Shown here: piece after piece, positions 24,854-36,280 of the stretch
Layout: each line of letters starts with the position of its first letter
Position numbering within the stretch: position 1 is the first letter of the stretch
Source of the DNA: Somniosus microcephalus
Lineage: Eukaryota
Assembly (NCBI GenBank): GCA_052327205.1
Contig: CM126222.1
Span: 54,374,001-54,438,000 of the forward strand
Direction of reading: 5' to 3'
DNA: 64,000 nucleotides
Program-made: the position numbers and the translations under genes
Notes under the pieces: model-generated
What the model was told of the DNA's origin: nothing
Seen by the model: only the letters and a program-made list of their open reading frames with translations
The model's database searches: none

Positions 24854-24959
24854 TAGTCTCTGTTTCAATAGGCACTTGTGGCAAATCGTTTCACTTCTAA
24901 AATCTCTCAGTGTAAAAACACTTCTTTTAATTTTGCCCCTGTTCCTCTAGTGATAATTG

Positions 24960-26360
24960 CAGAATTACATAGAAATTCCAATGTGGAAGCAGGCCGTTCT
25001 GCCCAACCAGTCCATGTTGTGTATCATCCAGTTCTGAGTCCAAGCTCTGTTAGTGATTCAGCAACCAATGGAACCAATCTTTCACTATTTACTCTCTCAA
25101 AACCTTTCATAATTTTGAAAACTTTTAATTGATCTGTCCTTAACCTTCTCTGTTCTTGTGAAATTTTTCCTAATTTTTCTTTATAACTAATCTCTTATTT
25201 CCTGGTATCAGTCTATTGAATCTTTGCTGTACCTTTTCATGGTTCTAATATTCTTCTTATAATCACATGCCCAGAATTGTCTGCAATACTCCAACTTGAC
25301 CAATGTCTTTTACAAATTTAACATCACTTGGAGTGTGATGGAATGCTCCCCAGTTGCCTGGATGAGTGCAGCTCCCACAACACTTAAGAAGCTCGACACC
25401 ATCCAGGACAAAGCAGCCCGCTTGATTGGCACCCCATTCACCACCTTAAACATTCACTCCCTCCACCACCGGCGTATCGTGGCTGCAGTGTGTACCATCT
25501 ACAAGATGCACTGCAGCAACTCTCCAAGGCTTCTTCGGCAACACCTCCCGAACCTGCGACCTCTACCACCTACAAGGACAAGGGCAGTAGGCGCATGGGA
25601 ACACCACCACCTCCAAGTCACACATCATCCTGACTTGGAAGTATATCGCCGTTCCTTCATCGTCGCTGGGTCAAAATCCTGGAACTCCCTCCTAACAGCA
25701 CTGTGGGAGTACCTTCACCACACAGACTGCAGTGGTTCAAGAAGGCGGCTCACCACCACCTTCTCGAGGGCAATTAGGGATGGGCAATATTTGCTGGCCT
25801 TGCCAGCGACGCCCACATCCCAGGAACAGATTAAAAAATATATATTCAATGCCCCTATGTATAAAAGCCAGAATACTTTCTTATCCTTTTACGGCCTTTT
25901 CTGTCGGCACTCTCAGCTTTCAAGATATACATTTCTGCTTCCTTAGAACTCTTTGCTCTCCCATTCTGTTAAAGAATCTTATGATTTAGGGTATAGTTAC
26001 TGCTTCATGTTTCTCTGCATTGATCTTGTTCACTTCTGCTACAAAGGATTACGCTGACAAACTGCTGGATACATTGAACTGCATTCGCCACCTGTCTGCC
26101 CACTCCACTAACCTGCCCATAACCTCCTGCAATTCTTCCTTATGGTTTGGCCATGGCCCCTAATTTGGTATTGTCAAGAAACTTCAATATAATTCCTCTT
26201 GTGCCTAATTCCAAACCATTTATATAAATGGAAAACAAGAGACATCCAAGTACAGATCCCCCGGGGCACTCAACACCCACATTCCATCAATCTGAAAAAC
26301 ATCCATTTACTCCTACTCTTTGCTTTCTGTCCCCTTGCCAATTCTCTAACCATGCAGTTA
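24960..26360 (-). mobile_element. Old degraded CR1 fragment interrupted by a younger LINE
   Basis: Reverse complement resembles CR1 ORF2 and its 3' end on both sides of 25331-25838 (CCCAGAATTGTCTGCAATACTCCAAC; TATATTCAATGCCCCT). Confidence 0.55.
25331..25838 (+). mobile_element. CR1/L2-group LINE 3' fragment
   Basis: Encodes SVMECSPVAWMSAAPTTLKKLDTIQDKAARLI...LHHRRIVAAVCTIYKMH, a post-RT region. A-rich end. Near-identical to 57205-57652. Confidence 0.85.
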
Positions 26361-26608
26361 CTTTCCTCCCTTTCACACACTCTTTGGTATTGCAGTAGAG
26401 AGATACCATCTTAAAGATGGATCGAATGTCGTAACTGATATCCTATCAGAGGTTTCCTATAAGTTCTATGTTAGCCAGCTGCCTCATGAGGATAAATGGA
26501 GAAATAGCAGCATGTGAGAAAAAATATCTGTATAAAATCTTATCTCACTTAATACTATTTTTGAATTGTACTTTAGCCTAATTCTTGATGGAATCAATTC
26601 CGCATATT

Positions 26609-27392
26609 GGCCCCGATATTAACGGGGAGCTGGGGCGAGTGCTGGGGAGGCTGAAATTAGCCAAAGAAACCGGCAAGACCCGGGGTGTGGAGGCCCTGCT
26701 GATCTTAACGCCAGTACCTCATTCATATAGTGTAGGTTCGTCTCCCATCCAGCCAAATGGACAGCCTGGCCGGCAGTGGGAAGGAACACTGGCAGGAGGC
26801 CAGGGATGGTCCAAAGATGTGCGGGTTAGGTTGATTGGCCATGATAAAAAAAAAAATTGGCCCTTAGTGTTAGGGGGGATTAATGCGTGGGGTTACGGGG
26901 TTACAGGGATAGGGCTTGGGTGGGATGGCTGTCGGTGTAGGGACCGGGTGTTAGGGTTTGGATGATCAGCCATGATCTCGTTGAATGGCGGAGCAGGCTC
27001 GAAGGGCCGAATGGCCTACTCCTGCTCCTATCTTCTATGTTTCTATGTCCCCGGCACTGGAAAGGCAGCATCAGATACAGGCCATGATCGGAGGGCGGGG
27101 CGGGGTGGTATCGGGTGTAGCGGGAGGGAGGCTGGTTGTCGGGAGGAGGGGAGGCTCCCCATCACTTACTGCCAAACTTAAGTTGCTGCTTCATTGATGT
27201 CATCAGGCCGCGACTTTGGTATGTTAATTAGGCCCCCGCCTGCCTTTTGTGGAATCCTCGTCCATTGTCTGATTTCTTCACATTAAAATATAAAGGGGTG
27301 AGAATGAGATCGGGTTGCCCAACCCTGATACTTTAACCCCCTGACCCTCTCCCGCCCATCGGTGGGAGTGGGTAGGGGTTAAACTCAAGGCC
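26609..27392. mobile_element. Harbinger-like MITE with a nested SINE
   Basis: TIRs GGCCCCGATATTAAC and GTTAAACTCAAGGCC. TSD ATT (26606-26608, 27393-27395). Confidence 0.7.
26809..27048 (+). mobile_element. 5'-truncated HE1/V-SINE-like body joined to a CR1 3' tail
   Basis: 26809-26940 matches the SINE at ~29410-29520. 26957-27048 matches the CR1 3' UTR at ~47382-47470. Confidence 0.75.
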
Positions 27393-27421
27393 ATTGATTC
27401 ATTCACCAGAGTGCTCGAACC

Positions 27422-28467
27422 AGATGGTGGAAGGTTGTTTTTGTGACTGGAAGCCTGTGTCTAGTGGGGTACCACAGGGATTGGTGCTGGGTCCCTTGCT
27501 GTTTGTGGTCTACATTAATGATTTGGATGTGAATGTAAAAGGTCTGATCAGTAAGTTCGCAGATGACACGAAAATTGGTGGGGTGGCAAATAGCGAGGTG
27601 GGAAGCCTCAGGCTACAGGACGATATAGATGGGTTGGTCAGATGGGCGGAACAGTGGCAAATGGAATTTAACCCTGAAAAGTGTGAGGTGATGCATTTTG
27701 GACGGACTAACAAGGCAAGGGAATACACAATGAATGGTAAGACCCTAGGAAAGACAGAGGATCAGAGGGACCTTGGTGTGCATGTACATAAATCCCTGAA
27801 GGCAGCAGAACAGGTGGATAAGGTGGTTAAAAGGGCATATGGGATACTTGCCTTCATTAGCCGAGGCATAGAATATAAGAGCAGGGAGGTTATGATGGAG
27901 CTGTACAAAATGCTGGTAAGGCCACAGCTGGAGTACTGTGTGCAGTTCTGGTCGCCACACTATAGGAAGGATGTGATTGCTTTGGAGAGGGTGCAGAGGA
28001 GATTTACCAGGATGTTACCTGGGCTGGAGCGCTTCAGCTATGAAGAAAGACTGGACAGGCTGGGGTTGTTTTCCTTGGAGCAGAGAAGGCTGAGGGGGGA
28101 CCTGATTGAGGTATACAAAATTATGAGGGGCATAGATAGGGTGGATAGAAAGGAACTTTTCCCCTTAGTAGAGGGGTCAATAACAAGGGGGCATAGATTC
28201 AAGGTAAGGGGCAGGAGATTTAGAGGGGATTTGAGGAAAAACTTTTTCACCCAGAGGGTGGTTGGAATCTGGAACTCACTGCCTGAAAGGGTGGTAGAGG
28301 CAGGAACCCTCACAACATTCAAGAAGCATTTGGATGAGCACTTGAAATGCCATAGCATACAAGGCTACGGGCCAAGTGCTGGAAAATGGGATTAGATTAG
28401 ACAGGGCTTGATGGCTGGTGCGGACGCGATGGGCTGAAGGGCCTCTTTCTGTGCTGTATAACTCTAT
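27422..28467 (+). mobile_element. 5'-truncated CR1 LINE: reverse transcriptase C-terminal half (open frame to 28395) plus 3' UTR
   Basis: RT motifs GVPQGLVLGPLLF..YINDL and KFADDTK, plus CR1 motifs QMEFNPEKCEVMHFG, LVRPQLEYCVQFWSP and RRLRGDLIEVYK. No endonuclease or RT N-terminus, so it is non-autonomous. Confidence 0.95.
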
Positions 28468-29154
28468 GGGCTAGAAATTCACTTTGGCCCTGCCAGCTGG
28501 CTAGCGCCCAAAAGTTAGCGCTGCGCGCGGAGCCAGTTGCGCCCGTCAGAAATTCAGTTTTTGCGCCCAAGTCGGAACCGGGCGCTATTCCAGGGTGTGC
28601 CCGCCCCCGCTTGGGGCGCTGAAACTGAATTTCAGCGCTGTAGGTGCCGCAGCGCCACCCGCTGCGGAGCGGCAGGCTGCGGTACTGCAGGCCTCCTTCT
28701 TCTCTTAAGGGGGAGGTGCCTGCAACTCGGAGATCGCCGCTCGCTAGTGCCGGCAAATGAGCCCGGCACCACGGAGAAGTGCCGGGCTCCCGGAAAGCAG
28801 CCGGCAATGCCGCGGGGGGGGGGTGGAGGAGGCCGGGGAAGGAGGTGCGGGCAGGCGGCCGCCGAAAAAGCGGCCGGCCGCACCTCCGCCTTAACTAGCG
28901 CCACTAAGGCTGCAGCACGGCCCGGTCTTCACAACGTTGTTTGCGGCCGCTGCGGAAGAGGCGGCCGCAACTAAATATGGGGGTCGGGCCGGTAGCGGGG
29001 CGGAACCGGGGCACTGCGCACACCGATGACGTCATCGGTGCCGGCGCAGCGCTACTGGCTACCGCAGCGCTGAATATCAGCGCAAACTCCTCTACTGGCG
29101 CAGAAGCCCTCTTTGGGCGGTAACTAGGCGCAAAGCCCTCTGAATTTCTGGCCC
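28468..29154. mobile_element. GC-rich Harbinger-like MITE inserted in the CR1 tail
   Basis: TIRs GGGCTAGAAATTCA and TGAATTTCTGGCCC (13/14). TSD TAT (28465-28467, 29155-29157). Removing it restores the ACTCTATGACTCTAT tail. Confidence 0.88.
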
Positions 29155-29257
29155 TATGACTCTATACCTATCCAGGGTTGCCAAAACAGCTGAAAACTAT
29201 CCCCAGAACACTGGAAATTCCTGATATTTCTAAGTGGGGGAAAAGGACAGGATATTA

Positions 29258-29578
29258 GGGCAGCACGGTGGCATAGTGGTTAGCACTGTTGCCTCACAGC
29301 GCCAGGGACCCGGGTTCGAATCCAGCCTCGGGCGACTGTCTGTGTGGAGTTTGCACATTCTCCCCGTGTTTGCATGGGTTTCCTCCGGGTGCTCCGGTTT
29401 CCTCCCACAGTCCAAAGATGTGCGAGTTAGGTTGATTGGCTATGATAAATTGACCCTTAGTGTTAGGGGGATTAAATACGTGGGGTTACGGGGATCGGGT
29501 GGGATATGTGTCGGTGCAGGCTCGATGGGCCGAAATGGCCTCTATCTGCACTGTGGGGTTTCTGTGATTCTGTGATTT
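29258..29578 (+). mobile_element. Full-length tRNA-derived V-SINE (HE1-like)
   Basis: A box TGGCATAGTGG (29269-29279), B box GGTTCGAATCC (29313-29323), V-domain GTGTGGAGTTTGCACATTCTCCCCGTG...GGTGCTCCGGTTTCCTCCCAC, and a CR1-like tail with (TTCTGTGA)n. Confidence 0.9.
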
Positions 29579-30613
29579 TTGTAAGCCTCAGTCGCTGGGC
29601 TTAAACATATCGCCGGTCAAAGCAACAGAAGATACTCTTCACTATCACCAGTTTATTGTGACATTTTTGTTATTGCGTCTTAAGCATGACTAATATAATT
29701 TGAAACTTTATTAGTAAATACTGCAGGCTAGCCCGGGATATATTAGAATTGAATATCAGTGCACAGAAAGAATGACTACCAGCATCAGTTTCACAAACCA
29801 AACTCTACATTCCTTCAGCAGTAAATGATAGAAAAGTACAAATTGACATTGAACAGGGTGGAAAGGACACTTGTTAAGGCTCTTATTGAATAAGGATTTA
29901 TTTCAGATAAGGATGGGACTGCACGAATACACTGTACATACTTTAGGGGGAGCAACTGTTCTAGAACCAGATTCTTGTATATGTAGCCAGCAGGGATCCC
30001 TCTGGGATGACAGATCAGTGACAACATTGAAATTTAATTTCAGGTGAGTCAAAAGCACATTTCTCATGATGCAGGGTAATTTTGTGCTGATACAAAATCC
30101 TGTTTAATATGAAGCGTTGCAGCTTCTCTTCCCACTCATGTAAGCCCGGTAATGACTGTGAGCGATGTTATCATCTGAACACTTAACACACTTGTATCAA
30201 GTTCCTCTTCTATTTTAATGGAAGCGTTAATTCATTTAAAATATATCGTTCACGCCGCCAGTAAAAAAGCAGAGAGAGGAATTTGATACAAACACATTAA
30301 GCTTTTGTAATTTCCAGGCAACAATGTTTACATTTTATAAAAATTAATTCACAATCTCTAATTGATCGAAATCAAACAATGAACAAGAAGCCAATCTTTT
30401 TAAAACAGAAACAACCAATCAACCTCATTGTTCTCATTGAGATAAAGGTCTGTTAACAAACATACCTCTCACAATTTCCCCACGATTAAGCCTTGACTTA
30501 CAGGTATTTTTTATCCTTCCTAAGATTGATGAGCCTAGCTGCCTTAAATTCTGGGAATGTATTTCCACTCCATTGGTACAACCAAAATGATCTTCTAAAT
30601 ACAGTGCTTGTTT

Positions 30614-30976
30614 TGTGTGTGCGTGTATGTGTACGTGCATGTGTGTGTGTGTGTACGTGCGTGTGTGTACGTGCGTGTGTGTACGTGCGTGTGTGTACGT
30701 GCGTGTGTGTGTGTGTGTGCGTGTGTGTACGTGCGTGTGTGTACGTGCGTGTGTGTACGTGCGTGTGTGTACGTGCGTGTGTGTGTGTGTGTGTACGTGC
30801 GTGTGTGTACGTGCGTGTGTGTACGTGCGTGTGTGTACGTGCGTGTGTACGTGCGTGTGTGTACGTGTGTGTACGTGTGCGTGTGTGTGCGTGCGTGTGT
30901 GTGTGCGTGCGTGTGTACGTGCGTGTGTACATGTGTGTGTACGTGTGTGCGCGTGCGTGTGCGCGTGTGTGTGCGC

Positions 30977-31007
<31 letters not shown>

Positions 31008-31022
31008 CGTGTGTGTGTGTGT
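30614..31022. repeat. Compound (GT)n / (GTGTGTGTACGTGC)n microsatellite
   Basis: Directly visible, with continuous purine-pyrimidine alternation. Confidence 0.97.
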
Positions 31023-32854
31023 TATTCCCAGTGGTTTTTGCTGGGGATTCTGATAAACGTATGACAAAACCCCCATGCTTTGCCAGTGCCACAAGTGTAC
31101 CATGTGACATTTCTGGTCAAACTGATGAGAACGTCTCACTTCCTGTGAAACCAACTGACTTTCCAAAACATTACCCATTTAACAGATTTAAAGAAGCATG
31201 TCTCCCTGTGAATGATACAGGTTATATCCTGAACCTACAGGACCCCTTTTGTCCCAACAGTTTAAAGGGGACCTTGATCGTATCTACGGGATTGTGCATT
31301 TTAATAGTTTACTAACAAACACAATTCTTTGCAAAACGTTCTTAACCAGATGCTGCTGTGTTGTGGAAATATCAGGGTGGTAATGTTGTGCCTGGGTGGG
31401 AAACCATTGTTGTTTCTTACTGTGGAGAATTCATTTCTGACATGTTAAACTCTTGAGAAGTATTTGCAATTTTGAGGAGAAATGCGTCCATTTACTTTTA
31501 TTTTATGAGCCAAGGATTCTGTGGAAAGTTGTATGGCAAAATTACAGCCCACATGCAGCCATGCCATCACTCTGGTGTATTACTAGGAATAGCGAGGCAG
31601 CAGTGTCACACGGGCCAGACACAGGCAGAGGATTCGTGTGAGTAAACAAAAGAAATCTGCTGTCTTTCAAAAGAGGCTTCAGTTCCCCCTTTAAGGTTAG
31701 CGTCAGAAGCATACTCAGCCAAGTAGTGATCTCTGCGCACTCGGGCTGATTTACAAGTGAAACCATAAATCTTTACGTTTATAAAGTTTGCTGGAGAATC
31801 TCTCATTCATTTGGAGAAGTGCATTCTCTTGGCTCTCTCCTGTACTTGAAAAACTATTTTATAAATCATTACTGTGCTCCTGGAAAGTAAATGTGCAGAT
31901 GAAAAGGTTCATTAACAAGACATTTCAGATTGAATTTTAGATTAGCAGTGCAATAAAGAGACCCCACCCAATACACACAGTAAGTGGATTCTTGGAGTGG
32001 TTTACAGTACGTAAATGCAGAGTGCTTTGCGAGTGCGTGATCTATGAAGGATTCCACAATGCATTCTCATGTTGCAAAAGGTCACTACTAATTACCTTGG
32101 TGTGACATGGTGATTTGTAAAACATTGCTGCTATAACAAGCTTCACATAATAAATTAAAATAACACAGTAGTTAATAAATTAATGTATTTCTAATAAAAG
32201 TTTTCTCATAGTTTTGAAATCACTCAAATGAAATACTGCATCATAAGGTTAAGACTCCTTTAGAGGTTGCCGTTTGTTATTATTTTGTTTTCGGAGTGCT
32301 GCGTGAGGGTCATTTAAAGGGGTGATGTTGCCATACTGGGGAATTTCGAGCAGGCCCAGATCCCAGAAGAGCCAGGCACAGTGTTCCCTGAGAACTTCCT
32401 GTCATGTTGGCTGTGACGGCTCATACCGCACCAGATGCTGTATCTGCTGCAATACAAGCGTTTACAATGTGGCATTAATATTTGTTCAAAACACTGTGAC
32501 ATGAATCAGTCATTCATGAAAGAAAGACCTATGAAATAATACTGAGTGGCCTGCGGGTGGCGCTGTCCAGGGAGAGTATAAATGCACGGGCCCAGCTTGC
32601 GCAGGACATTCTTAACAGGAACTAGTGAAGGACACAACTGGACCTCCATGTTGTAAAACAGTTGATTAAAGCTTTGTTTAACGCTTAGACCAAGTGCCTA
32701 GTAGTTTTCTTACGTCACACTGTACTCTCTGCACGTCCTTTCTTCACAAAGGCACTGAGAGAAAAGGTGATCAGATAAAGGTAAATGCTGTGCCGCTTGA
32801 GAATGAAAGGGAAGGACAAAAGAGGAACCAAAAGAGAGCTTGTTAATTATGATT

Positions 32855-32903
32855 GTTAATTGTAAAAGGGAAGTGTTAATTGTAAAAGGGAAGTGTTAAT
32901 TGT
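32855..32903. repeat. Short 20-bp tandem duplication
   Basis: GTTAATTGTAAAAGGGAAGT occurs twice, plus a partial copy. Confidence 0.8.
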
Positions 32904-33671
32904 ATGGTGCTGTCTACAGTGATGCATAAAAACCGGTAGATCCGGCCAAGGGCAGTACCTATACAGTGTGAAGGACTGAAATAACTCATCTCCGTTGTTC
33001 CATTCTAAAGAACTATTACCAAGTATCGCTGTAGGCTTTTACATATAATGCTTGAAAATCAACCCCTTCAATATGCGTGGCAACCAAATCATGTAGTAAA
33101 GATTCTGATACAATAATTTTTCATGTTTGTCACTTACCCATTTTAATTTAAGAGCCTGAGAAAGTGTGGGATAAGGACAAGAAATTTAGCCCATGGTGCC
33201 TGCTCTCTCTGCAGATCATGGGCAATCTGTCCATGGATTCGGACACGGGTTCTGCTCCTGTTTAATCTCCATATGGAAAGTCCTGCAAAATGTTCCCTGA
33301 CTCTGACAAATGATCAAGCAAAACTCCAGTATATCTGCCCACAGCTCAACTATTCATCTCTGGCTGCCTGCTCTCCACAGGCAACACCCTCTCCTCAACA
33401 CCAGAAACATCGGAACCATTGCGCCCCACGGAGTGTTTGATAATCTCGGTCTACACATACCCCTATAACCCTCATTTCCAACCAGATAATGATCCAGCTA
33501 TTTTTTGAAGGAGTTAATTAAGACATCATTAACTGCCTTTTGCTGAGAGTCTGTTCCAGATCTTCATTACTCATTGGGGGGGGGAAAAATCTAATGTACA
33601 GTCTTGACTACACTCTAGTTTTGTGTTTACTATGGAAGCTAAATCATCTGCTCACATCTATATCCCCTGTA

Positions 33672-33887
33672 ATAAAAACAGAAAATGCTGGAGATACTCA
33701 GCAGGTCAGGCAGCATCTGTGGAGAGAGAAACAGAGTTAACGTTTCCGGTCGAACGTTCTAATGAAAGTTCATCGACCTGAAACGTTAACTCTGTTTCTC
33801 TCTTCACAGATGCTGCCTGACCTGCTGAGTATCTCCAGCATTTTCTGTTTTTATTTCAGATTTCCAGCATCTACAGTATTTTCTTTT
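33672..33887. mobile_element. Palindromic Penelope-like element terminal-repeat relic
   Basis: Near-perfect inverted arms ~33671-33753 and ~33773-33855, plus a tail. 15-bp TSD TCTATATCCCCTGTA / TCTATATCACCTGTA (33657-33671, 33888-33902). Confidence 0.78.
33756..33790 (+). ncRNA. Minimal hammerhead ribozyme motif with mutated core
   Basis: GUU-CUAAUGA-A-AGUUC-AUC-GACCU-GAAA-CGUU-AAC. The CUGANGA core has a G-to-A change and stem II has one mismatch. Confidence 0.5.
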
Positions 33888-34902
33888 TCTATATCACCTG
33901 TACCTCTTAACTTTATAAAGACTGGGATCATGTTTCCCTCAGTGGCCTTTCCCCCAGTGAAGAGAATTTATCTTGTGCAAGTATCCCTATGTAATTTAAA
34001 GCTCTAAGTCCCAGTCACTCTAGTCTGAACTTTGCCTAACGAGCCAATGTGCTTTTTAATATACAGCACCTAAGACTGCACACATATTCCACATGTGTCG
34101 TCTCCACTGATTGATTGAAACAAGGTCAGAATAATGTCTTTGGACCTACAGAGATTCACCCTAATATTTGATCAGCTTCAACTTGACTGGAAAATTTCAG
34201 TGAATGATCGATAGACACACCCAAATCCTTTTTGTGTTCTACATTTGCATGTGGGCATTACTGTTTCAATATGCATTGCTGTGCATTTATATTTATAGTA
34301 ACATGCAGATGCCATTTCTCCACTCATCGACTTAATTGTTCCAGATTGCCTTGAATGCAGCCCCTGTCCCCAATACTTGTCACCTGTCTATGTTGCTTGG
34401 CTTCATCAGCAGATATACTGTTATTATAAGAAGCACTCTTCTTTAAACTATTCATCAACAGTAGGAGCAGCAGAGAATTCAGACAGACCCCTGTGGAGCC
34501 CCACTCGTCACTGCTGTTCCCCACCCCCCACCAGCTCCGTGCTTTCCATTTAGCATTACCTTCCTGCCCCCCCGCCACCTTTGCCAAACTGGTTTTCAAT
34601 TCAGCAAGCTAATTAACCATTAATTCCATGAGCCTTAAGAGACATACGTGAGACATTTTATCAAATGTCTTCTGAAAATCCAAGTAAATTATGTCCTTTG
34701 GCTATTCCTAATCCAATAGTTTAATTGTATCTTCAAAAAAAATTCAAAACTGTGATTAAAAACTACAAATTCTGTAGTGCAGGATGTGACGCAATGTTAC
34801 ACTGTTATTATCACTGATAGTTTCATTGTGCTCTTCACTATATATTAATATGTACAGTGTCTTGCAAGATACTTTTCTGCGAAGTGTTATACTAGACACC
34901 TG

Positions 34903-36097
34903 GGGGGAGAAATTCAGTATCGCCCCGTTTGGGGCATGATTATCGGCCGGGCGCAAAGTTTAGCGCCTGGCACTAATTATCGCCTCCAACTGCAAACTTG
35001 GCTTTTATCGCCCCTGGAGGTGATTGGGGCGCTAAATCAGGCGCTACACACACCTGTCTTAAGGCGCAAAGGCCGAGGAGCGAGGCGCTACCTCAGAGTG
35101 CTGGCGAAGCTCATGTGATGTCAGTCAGCAATGGAACACAGACACACTGGCGCTGGCCAGTTCTTAAAGGGGAGGGTCGATCTTGCTCTCCATCCACACC
35201 CTGCTCATTGCAGCCTTGAATCTTGGCCTGGAGAGACCTGTTGGAAAGAACAATGGAGAGACCCAGGGAAAGAGCTCAGCGGGCAGCCCCCATTGTCTCT
35301 TCTAAATCGATGCAAGGAAGATCAAATCAGAAAGAACCTGTAAAGTACTGCTCAGTCCCAAAGCTCCTCAACACAGCTTTGAATACAGGAAACTTCGCGA
35401 TATCCGGCACCGACGGGACCGGCGTGATGCCGATCTATGAAAACTTCCGGACAGACCAGCGCTAATGTTGAAGGATACGAAGGTTTTCATCTCCGTATCT
35501 GACAACAAACAACAAACACCTTGGAGGTGTCTCTGTAGCTTAGCAACAGCTTCAGAGCGGCTTTCCAGAGACTGACTGTTTAAAAAAAAATGCTAGGAGA
35601 AGAAAAAAAAAGAAAAAAAACCTAACAAAACGGCTGCTGATTTCTGCCGTTAGATCGAGGTTTCCGGACATACAACCTCCGGATAAACCAAAGTTTCCTG
35701 TATCTCCTGCAGTTTCTCTCTCACTCAGAATGCGTGGTGCAAAAATTTCGCCGACAAAAAAAGGCAGGAAGCGGTCGCCTTTAAATAGCGCTCCCCCAGT
35801 CCCTTCCTGACTGCAAAATGCTCCCCTCAACCTGTCATTGCTAGCGGCAGGAGGTAAGACAGGGGGCGCCACTCAATATCCGGTCCAGGGCGCTACCGGG
35901 GCGTTGTGCACTCGACTGACGTCACGATCTGCGGGTGCAGGAGATCGTGGCGGTAGTGTTTAGCGCCGCCGCAAAATGTCTAGTCAATTTCGTGAGCAGC
36001 GCAAACATCGCCGCACATGGGCACTAGTTGCTTTGCGCCCCATTAGCGCCCTCTTAAGGCGCTAACGGGAGGCACAAACCTACTGAATTTTTCTCCC
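34903..36097. mobile_element. GC-rich Harbinger-like MITE with a nested Tc1/mariner MITE
   Basis: TIRs GGGGGAGAAATTCAGTA and TACTGAATTTTTCTCCC. Colinear with 3576-4264. Flanks CTG/TTA are not a clean TSD. Confidence 0.82.
35386..35700. mobile_element. Tc1/mariner-like MITE
   Basis: TA|CAGGAAACTT ... AAGTTTCCTG|TA. Absent from the paralogous host copy at ~3850. Confidence 0.9.
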
Positions 36098-36280
36098 TTA
36101 ATATATTGGTAACAAAGCACTAAAGGAAACATCTCACTTAAGCCAAAATCCTTTAATGCTTTGATATAGACTTCTTGTGCAATACACTTAATTCACAATC
36201 TCAATTTGCTTCCATTAGTGTCACCAACAGTGACAGATCTGTAACCACCATTTTGCACTAACATGGGGAGGTCATCTACA

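Larger units (their letters stand above)
33490..34750 (-). mobile_element. Old degraded CR1-like fragment hosting the PLE relic
   Basis: Reverse-strand CR1-like blocks (CACCTAAGACTGCACACATATTCC; TCATCAGCAGATA = YADD-type motif reversed; TCAAATGTCTTCTGAAAATCCAAGTA). Confidence 0.55.

Noticed and set aside
27394-28395. 333-aa ORF as an autonomous reverse transcriptase or host gene
   Set aside because: It is a 5'-truncated CR1 ORF2 lacking the endonuclease and RT N-terminus, and the listed start lies outside the element.
28468-29154. CpG-island promoter
   Set aside because: The GC-rich block is bounded exactly by TIRs and a TSD. The same applies to 3576, 34903 and 39261.
29258-29330. tRNA gene
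   Set aside because: The tRNA-like head continues directly into a V-SINE core and LINE-type tail, so it is a SINE.
30493-31315. Cys/Val- and His/Thr-rich ORFs
   Set aside because: These are translations of the GT-based microsatellite.
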